Origin: Bryobacterales bacterium
Lineage (GTDB): Bacteria > Acidobacteriota > Terriglobia > Bryobacterales > UBA6623
Direction: 5' to 3'
DNA length: 64,000 bases
Assembly (NCBI GenBank): GCA_963422375.2
Contig: OY729428.2
Coordinates: 2,528,001-2,592,000 of the forward strand
The translations under genes and the position numbers were made by a program. This document shows positions 51,027-60,156 of this stretch, in pieces (the first letter of the stretch is position 1; each line of letters starts with the position of its first letter). The notes below the pieces were generated by a model that saw nothing but the letters and a program-made list of their open reading frames with translations, was not told the DNA's origin and searched no databases.

Positions 51027-51881
51027 ATGGGAGTCCGGATCGGGATCATCGGCGGGAGCGGCTTGTACCGCATGGACGCGCTCGAGGAGAGGCGCGAGGT
51101 ACGCGTGGACACTCCCTGGGGGGAGCCGTCCGATGCATTCGTCGTGGGGCGGGTCGCGGGCCGCGAGGCGGTCTTTCTCGCGCGCCACGGCCGGGGTCAC
51201 CACGTCATGCCCTCGAACATCAACTTCAGAGCCAACATCTACGGCCTGAAGGCGCTGGGCGCGGAGTACGTCCTCTCGTACAGCGCCGTCGGCTCCCTGC
51301 GGGAAGAGCTCGAGCCGATTCACTTCGTGCTCCCGGACCAGTTCTTCGACCGCACTCGCGGCCGGGCGTCGACCTTCTTCGACGACGGGCTCGTCGCGCA
51401 CATCACCTTCTCGCATCCGGTATGCACCACGCTCGCCGACGCTGCGGAGGCAGCCTGCCGGGCCGCGGGCGTCACGGTGCATCGCGGGGGAACCTACTGT
51501 TGCATGGAAGGGCCCGCGTTCTCGACACTCGCGGAGTCGAATCTCTACCGCTCGTGGGGGATGGACGTGATCGGGATGACGAACCTGCAGGAAGCCAAGC
51601 TCGCCCGCGAGGCGGAAATGTCCTACTGCACGGTCGCGATGGTGACCGACTACGACTGCTGGCATCCCGAGCACGATTCCGTGACAGTGGACAAAGTGAT
51701 GCAGTATCTCGCCAAGAACTCGGAGAACGCCCAGAGGGTGGCGGTCGAAGCGGTCAAGCGCATTCCCGAGACGCCCAGCCCGTACGCATCTTCCTTGAAG
51801 AACGCGATCATCTCGGACCGCGCCGCGATTCCGCAGCGCGTGCGCGAGAAGTACGCGTTGCTGGCGGGCAAGTACCTCTAG
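51027..51881 (+). CDS. mtnP: S-methyl-5'-thioadenosine phosphorylase
   Basis: IGIIGGSGLY, TPWGEPSD, FLARHGRGH, NFRANIY, AVGSLREE, MEGPAFSTLAES, IGMTNLQEAKLAREAE, VTDYDCW. Confidence 0.95.
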   Translation: MGVRIGIIGGSGLYRMDALEERREVRVDTPWGEPSDAFVVGRVAGREAVFLARHGRGHHVMPSNINFRANIYGLKALGAEYVLSYSAVGSLREELEPIHFVLPDQFFDRTRGRASTFFDDGLVAHITFSHPVCTTLADAAEAACRAAGVTVHRGGTYCCMEGPAFSTLAESNLYRSWGMDVIGMTNLQEAKLAREAEMSYCTVAMVTDYDCWHPEHDSVTVDKVMQYLAKNSENAQRVAVEAVKRIPETPSPYASSLKNAIISDRAAIPQRVREKYALLAGKYL

Positions 51882-51906
51882 GCTAGTGCCTCGCGGAAAG
51901 ACCGGG

Positions 51907-52821
51907 ATGCCCCTGCTCGTCGTCGGGTCCGTCGCGTACGACGGCATTGAGACCCCTCACGGAAAGGTTGACCGCGCCCTTGGAGGGGCGGGCTCCTACA
52001 TTGCGCTCGCCGCAAGCCATTTCACGGTCGTCCGGCTGGTAGCCGTTGTCGGCGATGATTTCGCGCCGGAGGACGAAGCGGTGCTGCGCCGACGCAACGT
52101 CGATCTTCAAGGCCTGGAACGAGCGCCGGGGCTGACCTTCTACTGGAAGGGCGTCTACCTCGAACAGATGAACCAGCGGCGCACGCTCGCGACCCACCTG
52201 AACGTATTCGCCCGATTCAGGCCCCGTTTGCCCGCGATCTATCGCGACACCTCGCACGTTCTGCTGGGCAACATCCACCCGGACCTGCAGTCCGAGGTCA
52301 TCGACCAGACCACGGCTTCCGGGTTCGTCGCGGGCGACACGATGAACTACTGGATCGAGCGGACGCCGGACGAACTGGCGCGGGCGGTCCGCCGTTGGGA
52401 TTCGATCCTCATCAACGACGAGGAGGCCCGCCAGCTCACCGAGATCACCAACCTCACGGGCGCGGCAAGGGCGGTTCGCGCGATGGGCCCGAACACGGTC
52501 GTGATCAAGCGCGGAGAGCACGGGGCGACCCTGTTCAGGGACGGCGAGTGCTTCGTCGCTCCCGGGTACCCGCTCGAGCGGGTCGTGGACCCTACCGGCG
52601 CGGGCGACGCATTCGCCGGGGGCTTCATGGGGTACATGGCGCATCGAGGGTTCCGCGAAGCTGGACAAGCGGACAGCGCGGACCTGCGTCGGGCGATGAT
52701 CTATGGATCGGTGATGGGCAGCTTCTGCTGCGAGCACTTCGGCGTCGAGGGGCTGAAGGGACTGACCCGCGAACAGATCGACAGGCGCTTCGAGGAGTTC
52801 CGCACGATGACTGCCTTCTGA
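51907..52821 (+). CDS. PfkB family (nucleoside/sugar) kinase
   Basis: LLVVGSVAYDGIETP, LGGAGSY, DTMNYWI, INDEEA, IKRGEHGA, DPTGAGDAFAGGF. Confidence 0.9.
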   Translation: MPLLVVGSVAYDGIETPHGKVDRALGGAGSYIALAASHFTVVRLVAVVGDDFAPEDEAVLRRRNVDLQGLERAPGLTFYWKGVYLEQMNQRRTLATHLNVFARFRPRLPAIYRDTSHVLLGNIHPDLQSEVIDQTTASGFVAGDTMNYWIERTPDELARAVRRWDSILINDEEARQLTEITNLTGAARAVRAMGPNTVVIKRGEHGATLFRDGECFVAPGYPLERVVDPTGAGDAFAGGFMGYMAHRGFREAGQADSADLRRAMIYGSVMGSFCCEHFGVEGLKGLTREQIDRRFEEFRTMTAF

Positions 52822-52849
52822 ACCTCTGCGCTCGGAGCACGCGTTGCCG

Positions 52850-53810
52850 GCCTACCCGGTCAAGGCGCCCGTCCGCGGCCAGTCACCCGTCGCACGGGCT
52901 CTTCGCGCAACTTCTCCGCCAGCTGGTCCAGGTGCATCGCCCTGCGCTGGAAGAAGGCCTCTTCCGCATCGCGAATGCCATTGATTCTAATCGGCCTCGT
53001 GCTGTCCCGGCCCACCTCGTGCCTGAATCAGGCCTGGTCGCAGACGGCGTTGATCAGCCACAGCGGACCCTTCGTCCTGCACCGCAGGCGCCCCGCGGCC
53101 TCCGGCGCGAACGCCTTCCCCGTCTCCGCCGTGTGCTGGCTAGGAGCTCCGCGAATTCCGCGCGGCTGAACGCCCGCGGTCGCAGCGACCGGGCCCTGAT
53201 GTTGAAGCCGCTTCCGCCGCCACGGCCTCGCCTTTCCGGCCCGAGCGGAGGTGCCAATCGCGCTCATCGCACAGGACAATGCTCTGCGGAAAGCTCCTCG
53301 GGCGCATTCTGAAGCAGGAGCGCACCGGACGCAGCACCGGGAACGGGGTGCCGCCCGCTAGGGAGTCGATTTCGTCGAGCAGCGGCACCCGGGGCCGCGA
53401 GTCGGACTGTGCCCACGGCGAGAGGACTTCCGCCAGAGCGAAGTCCGGCCCGGCCACATCCAGGGCCGCTGCCTGCTTGCTCTCCACGAAGGCGTCGCCT
53501 AGCCGGAGACGGGCGAACCGGCCCAACGCCTCGAGGACGCCTCGCATGCCTCACTCCATCTCGTCGGGCGTCGTCCGGCCGCCCTCAACTCAGACGTGGA
53601 CGCAGCGGTAGGAGCCGTCGTCTCGCAATTGAGCAGGTCCCGCCAGGCTAGCAGCACGGAGGTCTTGCCCGTCTGCCGCGGCCGGTGCAGGACGAAGTAA
53701 CGGCACCGGGCAATCATTTTCAAGATCGAGTCCCGGTCTACCCTCGCCTGCGGCGCAGTGTCTTGGTGCCGCTCCTCCCCGACGGAGCCGGTGACGTTGA
53801 CAGTGCGCAT
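52850..53810 (-). pseudogene. AAA-like ATP-binding protein remnant (multiple frameshifts)
   Basis: MRTVNVTG.V...YFVLHRPRQTGKTS.LLA (Walker A), LLDEIDSLAG (Walker B), FPQSIVLC, FNIRARSLR, TKGPLWLINA, HLDQLAEKLRE in different frames. Confidence 0.75.
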
Positions 53811-54188
53811 GCAAGAGCCGTATCGTCCACTCGAACCTGGGGACCGCTACGGTCGCCCCGTCCGCTTTCTCGACTGAACTGGCATGGCGGGCAGGGCCAC
53901 TGGCGCCGGTCCAAGTACCATGGCGCGGTTGGACGAAGCGATGGGAGCCGACCGTCCCCTCGGTACGCGCAATGTCGATTGGCACGCATGACATGGAGTG
54001 TGTGCCCACTGAGGCGCAGTGCTGCCGAGGGGGCTCGGGCAGCGCTCGCGAGACTTCGCGTCACTCGGCCAGCGCCCGCCCGAGACGCATGGCAGGCTCG
54101 ATCGCGCATTCGACCCGGTTCAGCACGAACTTGAAGTCACGCCACGGGCCGAGAGTCCGGCGTCGGCAGTTCGTGTCCTCAATGGGAA

Positions 54189-55193
54189 TCCTGATTACCC
54201 ACGAGACTCAGCCAAGGTTAGGAGGCGGTAAGGCCTGGGCGGGGTGCGCACGGAGGCGTGGAGCAGGCGGGGGGCCAGCGCCTCCGGATCGTAGCGGCGG
54301 TTGAAGCGGTAGCGGAACTCGGCGAGGTACCGCGGCAGGTGCTTGCCGTCGAGCGCATGGCAGGCTCCCGCCAGGGACTGCTTGACGTGCGCCAGCATCG
54401 TGCTGACCCGGACGTTGACCCGGACGAAGCGGGAATCCCCGCAGCTCCGCTGCCCGCCTCCGGTGACGGTCGGCACGTGCTCGCAGCCGGCGCCGGCCAC
54501 GCCCCGCAAGCAGGCCGGGCCGTCGGAATGCACCTCCGTGCCGGGCTGCAGGTGCCGCCCGGCCCACGCTGCCAGCGTCTTCTTGCGCAAGCCCGCCACG
54601 CTGCTCAGGCGCATCCTGTCCGGCTGGCCGGCGGCGCTGACCTGCACGGCGGCGACGAACGGCGTCTTGCCCGCCGCTCCGCTCCCCGCCCCGGTAGGCG
54701 TCGTCCACCTGCACGATGCCGCCCAGAGGCACGCGCTCGTCGCGCTCCTTCATCACTTGCAAGAGCTTGTGCTTCATCTTCCAAGCCGTGTTCCGGCTCA
54801 CGCCCGGCTGCCGCGCCAGTTCCAGCGACGAAACGCCGTGCTGGCCCTGCGTCAGCAGGTGGAGCGCCAGCAACCGGACGGTCAGCGGCAGCTGGGTGGC
54901 GGCGAAGATCGTGCCGGCGACCAGGGAGGTCCGGCGGTGGCAGGCGTGGCACTGCCAGAGCTTGCGGGAGCGGATGCGGCAGTGCCGCCGGGAGCCGCAC
55001 TCCGGGCAGCGGGCGTTGAAGACGGCCTGCTCGCATGGCCCCTCGCTGCCGTAGCGCTGCAGGAACTTGCCCGGGCTGAGTCCCTTCTGCATTGCACGCG
55101 ATTGCGTTTCATCTGCTAGCCCCTTTCCTGTCAGAGATTTCCGACGTCCTTCAGTATAGCATATCCTCGGCTGACGTTCGTTGGTAATCAGGA
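54189..55193 (-). mobile_element. IS1595 family element; transposase 54195..55112 frameshifted
   Basis: 25-bp imperfect TIRs TCCTGATTACCCACGAGACTCAGCC / GGCTGACGTTCGTTGGTAATCAGGA; NRVQ.QKGLS, CPECG..WQCHAC, VQVDDAY, HSDG, KHLPRYLAEFRYRFNRRY. Confidence 0.92.
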
Positions 55194-55213
55194 TCTTCGT
55201 TGAGGAACCGCCC

Positions 55214-56942
55214 GTGAGGACCGCTCAGGAGATCCAGCTCACCCTTGGCCGGACTGCAATCGAGGATATCGATCCCGACGTCCGTTCCCGCGACGATATC
55301 CCGGCCATCTTGCTAGGAATACAATCCATCTATCGCACCGAGGAGTTGCGGGACAGGGTTTTCGGACTGCTCGAGAGCCGTATCCTCGGCCTCGGCGAGA
55401 GTAGCGGGAACGGCGGGAACGGAAGCGATCCTTCCGCAGGCGAGTCCGGCAGGATCAACCCTGCCCTCGGTCGTCCCGGCATGCAGCTGTGGAACATTCT
55501 CGTCCCGGGCCTGCTCAAGCAGGGATTGAATTGCGACTGCGACCGCGTGACGGAGCTGGCGAACAAGCACGCGGACGTCCGGCGCTTCCTCGGTCTGAAC
55601 GCGACGCTCGACGAGCGGGTCTTCAGCTACCGGACAGTCAACCGGAATCCGAAGCTTCTCACGCCCGGCCTCCTCGCGGAAATCAATCAGCTGGCCGTGC
55701 GGGAAGGGCACGCGCTGGCGGAGTGCGAGGAAGGCGAGCCGCTGAAGGCGCGGCGCGACTCGTTCGCGGTGGAAACGAACGTGCATTGCCCGACGGACGT
55801 GAGTCTCCTATGGGACGCGTTGCGCTGCCTGATTCGCTCTATTGCGCCGCTGTGCAAGGGGCGCGGCATCGCCGGCTGGCGGCAGAGCGCGCGGCTGCCG
55901 AAGACGCTGAAGCAGGAATTCAACCGGGTGCGGCAGGCGAAGAGGAGGAAAGCCAACCCGGAGAGGGTGCGGTCGTACCTGGAGGCGGCCCTGGAGATAG
56001 CGCGGCGGGCGGAGGGTGCGCTGGCGGCCCTGGCGCGGGCCGGGGAAGACGAGGGAACCTTGGGAGCGGCAAGGAGTGACCTCGGGTGCGTGCAGCTCCT
56101 GGCGGACCCGGTGGAGCGGCGCGTGCTGCGGGGGGAGAAGATCCCGCACGAGGGGAAAGTGTTCTCGATCTTCGAGGAACACACGCGCTGGTGCGTGCAA
56201 GGAAAAGCGGGGGTGCCGGTGGAGCCGGGCGTGCCGGTATGCATCGTGGAAAGCGAGCACCGCTTCGTGATGAATCACGAAGTGACGTGGAAGGGCAGCG
56301 ACGCGGACGTGGCGGTGGGAATCGTCGAGGGGGCGCAGGGGCTGTACGCGGGGCTGTCGAGCTGCAGCTTCGACAAGGGCTTTCACAGCCCGGCGAACCG
56401 GACGCGCTTGGCGGATACTGCTGTCGTGCCACGCGATGCCGCGGAAGGGGAGGCGGTCGAAGGCGGCGAAGGAGACGGAAGGCGCGCCCGAATTCGCGGC
56501 AGCGAGGCAGGCGCACCCGGCCGTGGAGTCCGCGATCAACAATCTCGAGTGCCGCGGTCCGGACGGGGTGACGGACCGGGGAGCGGAGGGATTCGAGCGG
56601 ATGATCGGGCTGGCGGTCCTGGCGGCGAACGTGCATCGAGTGGGCCGGATCGTGCGCGACAGAGAGCGCGACAGAGAGAGGGAGCGTCTCAAGACGGGAC
56701 CCTTGCCGCTGGCTGCATAGGCAGTCGGCAGCGATCTGAATTGCCCTGAATTGAAATCTTGAAGAGACGAGGTTCAGGAACAGTGTACAACTAGAACAGA
56801 ACTAACTGTATCCTCACAATGAAAATGGAATATGAGGCAATGAGTTCGGGTAATTGGCGCAGCCTGTTTCTTCCATAGCTATCATTTGGTGGGGATCTAT
56901 TAGCTAGAATCCCCAAAATATCAGGGTTTTGTCACAAGCACT
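55214..56942 (+). mobile_element. ISNCY-type DDE transposase (55214..56720, frameshift ~56420) with right end at ~56942; left end not seen
   Basis: RSRDDIPAIL, GRPGMQLWNIL, DSFAVETNVHCPTD, EKIPHEGKVFSIFEEHTRW, SFDKGFHS, HPAVESAINNLE; terminus TCAGGGTTTTGTCACAAGCACT. Confidence 0.85.
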
Positions 56943-56950
56943 AACTAAGC

Positions 56951-57207
56951 AGTGCTGGTGACAAAACCCCTGAATTCTGGCCTGATCAGCATTTCATACT
57001 ACATCCTGATGTCGGATGGATCTCCAAACACAACGTATAGGCCCCAAGGCCGGAAGTTGCTCAGCCGCCAATCGCGAAGATTTCCGCGCTCTACCCAGAA
57101 TTGGCAGGATTTCGGACCAGTCGTAGCATTCCAGTGAAATCTTCGCCTTGAGATATTGGATCTAACACCTTTTTTGTCAAGGGGATATGAGTTTTCTCAC
57201 AGGCACT
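56951..57207. mobile_element. Putative MITE (~257 bp) sharing termini with the adjacent ISNCY element
   Basis: Ends AGTGCTGGTGACAAAAC / GTTTTCTCACAGGCACT are imperfect IRs matching the ISNCY right end; low GC; no transposase; second partial copy at 29320. Confidence 0.7.
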
Positions 57208-57279
57208 AAGTAAACCATATCCTAGCAGGTTGCGAGCGCACCTTGAGAAAACGCCGCGCACCCAGCTCCCACACTGCCT

Positions 57280-58650
57280 TCAGAACTTGATCGCCATCGC
57301 CAGGAACGAGAACGTGTTCCCGGCCCCTGGCGTGTTGGCCTTCAGGAACGGTCCCGGAAACATGTACCCGATGCCGCCGCTGAGCCCGATCGCGCCGGTC
57401 AAAGGCGTCGAGAACGTCAGGTTGATCTCGTCACCGACCTTCTTGTCCGCCACCCCGTCTGCAGGCGGCGACACGGTCAAGCGACCCCCGACGTTGTACA
57501 GCGCGTCGCGTGCGCTCACGAGCCAGAACGAATGGAAGTCGACTTGCAGCCGCAACTTCTCGTGCGGCTTGAACGCGCTTCCCAGGCGAAGGTTCTTGAT
57601 GTTGCGCCAGCCCACCAGATCGTTGTAGCCGTACCAGCGGTGCGCCGTGGGGTAGACGTCCACGAAGCCGCCGACCTCGCCATCGTTCGGATCGTCGTCG
57701 CCCGAGCCGAAGTTGTACTCCGCGTACAAGCGCGGCTGCCAGTCCGAGTCGAACTCGTAGCCGAGTTCGGTGTAGTAGGCCCAAGCGCGGATCGCCGCGC
57801 CGGCCAGGTTCCCGCGCTGCGCGACCAAGGCGACGTTGTAGTCCCACGGCCCGAGCCCGTCGCCCCAGATCCTCGTCCCGGTGGTGTAGCGATCCATGTC
57901 GCCGCGCATCTGCAGCTCATTGGCTACCGAAGGCGTTGTCTGCCACAGCACATAGGGCTCGATGGTCGAGCGCGGGATGACATTCCCAATCGCGGCATAG
58001 ATCCCGTGCAGGTTGTTACCTGCAGCGGACTGGTTGACGCGCCGTTCCGGATCCATCTGAACGACCGAGGCCGAAAACACATCGACCCGGACATTCTTCG
58101 CCCGCAACTCCAGCCTCACGGCATCGAACACTCGCGAGACATTGGACCAATCGAGAGCACCGACCAAGCGCTCGTCGCCGTACTTCAGCAGCTGCCGCCC
58201 GACCGTGACAGCCGCCCGGGACTTGGCGGAACCCATCCGGACATAGGCCTGGCGCACGTCGAAACGATCCTCGAACGCACCCAGTCGCGGGCCCTCGCGA
58301 AGGCCCGGCGCGAGCGAATCCTGGCCTTGAAAGTTGAACTCGAACCACGAAGCGGGCGTGATTCCGATATCCACGCGGGTGCGAACCAACGTGTAACCGT
58401 CGTCGCTACCCTCTTGGTAGCCCAAGCTCTGGCGACCCTCAAAGCGCGTGCGGAACTCGCCTCCCAGCGACAGCCAGCTCGGCATCTTGGTTGAATCGGC
58501 GGTCGGTGGCGATCCGCTCCTTGGCGGATCGGCAGCGCTCGGATCCTGGCCCTGCGCCTGAAGCGCCGCGACAGCGAGGACGGCGGCCATCGCTAGCGAT
58601 CCTGAGCGGCGAACCGCACCTGCTACGACTCTCTTTGTGGGCATAGTCAT
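57280..58650 (-). CDS. Alginate-export-family outer-membrane beta-barrel (porin)
   Basis: Signal region, WLSLGGEFRTRFE, VGRQLLKYGDERLVGALDWSNVSRVFDA, SGDDDPNDG, YPTAH, C-terminal Phe. Confidence 0.85.
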   Translation of the reverse strand: MTMPTKRVVAGAVRRSGSLAMAAVLAVAALQAQGQDPSAADPPRSGSPPTADSTKMPSWLSLGGEFRTRFEGRQSLGYQEGSDDGYTLVRTRVDIGITPASWFEFNFQGQDSLAPGLREGPRLGAFEDRFDVRQAYVRMGSAKSRAAVTVGRQLLKYGDERLVGALDWSNVSRVFDAVRLELRAKNVRVDVFSASVVQMDPERRVNQSAAGNNLHGIYAAIGNVIPRSTIEPYVLWQTTPSVANELQMRGDMDRYTTGTRIWGDGLGPWDYNVALVAQRGNLAGAAIRAWAYYTELGYEFDSDWQPRLYAEYNFGSGDDDPNDGEVGGFVDVYPTAHRWYGYNDLVGWRNIKNLRLGSAFKPHEKLRLQVDFHSFWLVSARDALYNVGGRLTVSPPADGVADKKVGDEINLTFSTPLTGAIGLSGGIGYMFPGPFLKANTPGAGNTFSFLAMAIKF

Positions 58651-58678
58651 GATGGCCGGATTGCTCGGCGGATCCCCG

Positions 58679-60016
58679 TCACGCGGGTTCCGGCTGGGTC
58701 CGTGCTCGTGCCAGGCGGGCCTTGGTTTCGCGCGCAACGGCCGACTCGTCCGCCTCCGAGAATCGGACGGAGAATGCCAAGAAGGACACGACCGTGACGG
58801 CCGCTCCGAGAATGAGCAGCGCCTCCGTCCAGGCTAGGCTGTCGGCCCTGAACAGGAAGCCCGCGGCCACGGCTCCGGCGTTGCCCCCGGCACCGACGAC
58901 GCCCGCTACGGCCCCCAGCGCCCTCTTGTTGATGAACGGCACGACCGAGTACGTGGCTCCCTCCGACATCTGCACGCACAGGCTAAACAGGATCAGCGTC
59001 GCGATCGCCACCGGCAGGACAGTCTGCTGGGAGAACAGCATCAGAGCCAGCCCCTCGACGAAAAGAATCGTCGCAAGGAACCAGACGCGACCGCGCAGGC
59101 CCCAGCGCAGGCCCCACCGATCACCCACCGCTCCCCCGAGAGTCCGAGCGAATACGTTCATCAGCCCGAACAGGCCTGCCACGATGCCCGCGGTCGTGAG
59201 ACCGAGGCCGAAGTAGTCGTGGAAGTACAGGGCGGCGATATTGTTGATCGTCAGCTCGACGCCGAAGCAGGCACCGTAGACTACGAACAGGGCCCACACC
59301 CGCCGATCCGCCAGCGCCTTGAGAAAGGTGCCTTCCACCGTCCTCGAACTCGCGAGGGCCCCTTCGCGCCTCAGTCCTTCGTAGCTGCCGTCGGGGGAAT
59401 CCTCCGTGTACCGCCAGTACAGGACCGACATCGCCAGCAGGGCGAGTCCCGGCGCGACCATCGCCAGGCGCCATCCGACGGCCTCGTCGGCAACGAACGC
59501 CAGCGCCCCGGCGAAGACCAGCGGCATCGCCATCTGCGTTACGCCGCCGCCTAGGTTGCCCCAGCCGGCGGTGGTCGCGTTCGCCGTCCCTACGGTATTG
59601 GGCGCGAACATCACCGACGTGTGGTACTGCGTGATCACGAAGGAGGCGCCGATCGCGCCGATCGCCAGCCGGAAGAGCAGGAACGTCTCGTAGCTGTTCG
59701 CTAGGCCTACCGTGATCACCGGGATCGAGCCGAGCGCCAGCAGCCACGTGTAGGCCTTGCGCGGGCCGATCTTGTCGCACAGCCAGCCGACCGCCAGCCG
59801 GGCCAGCACCGTGATCGCGACCGAGGCGATGATGGTGTTCCCGACCTGCTCCTTCGTCAGGCCGAGGTCCTCGCGGACCACGGCCATGAGCGGGGCGATG
59901 CCGAACCAGCCGAAGAAGCATAGAAAGAACGCGACCCATGTCATGTGGAACGCCCGCATCGGAATCGTGCTGAAGCTGAAAAGGCGGATCTCGGTCGCTT
60001 TGCCGTTGAAGTCCAT
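58679..60016 (-). CDS. narK: Nitrate/nitrite MFS transporter (NarK/NRT2 family)
   Basis: MRAFHMTWVAFFLCFFGWF, GASFVITQYHTSVMF, GTANATTAGWGNLGGG, FGVELT, FARTLGG, EGATYSVVPF, GAGGNAG. Confidence 0.95.
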   Translation of the reverse strand: MDFNGKATEIRLFSFSTIPMRAFHMTWVAFFLCFFGWFGIAPLMAVVREDLGLTKEQVGNTIIASVAITVLARLAVGWLCDKIGPRKAYTWLLALGSIPVITVGLANSYETFLLFRLAIGAIGASFVITQYHTSVMFAPNTVGTANATTAGWGNLGGGVTQMAMPLVFAGALAFVADEAVGWRLAMVAPGLALLAMSVLYWRYTEDSPDGSYEGLRREGALASSRTVEGTFLKALADRRVWALFVVYGACFGVELTINNIAALYFHDYFGLGLTTAGIVAGLFGLMNVFARTLGGAVGDRWGLRWGLRGRVWFLATILFVEGLALMLFSQQTVLPVAIATLILFSLCVQMSEGATYSVVPFINKRALGAVAGVVGAGGNAGAVAAGFLFRADSLAWTEALLILGAAVTVVSFLAFSVRFSEADESAVARETKARLARARTQPEPA

Positions 60017-60156
60017 GTCGTCCTCCTGATTGCCGGACGCACCGCTCCGGCGCCGCGCGCGGCTCGGGCCGCGTCCGGCAGTCTTCCCTTTGCCTTCATG
60101 AAGGCCGGACGTCAGGGTCCGGCTCGCGCCCCGGGCGGACTAGGCGGGGCTGCTTG

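Noticed and set aside
29320..57207. Composite transposon or prophage bounded by the 78-bp repeats
   Set aside because: The interior is mostly housekeeping genes (dapF, prlC, dinB, mtnP) with no integrase or phage genes; kept only as a possible rearrangement marker.
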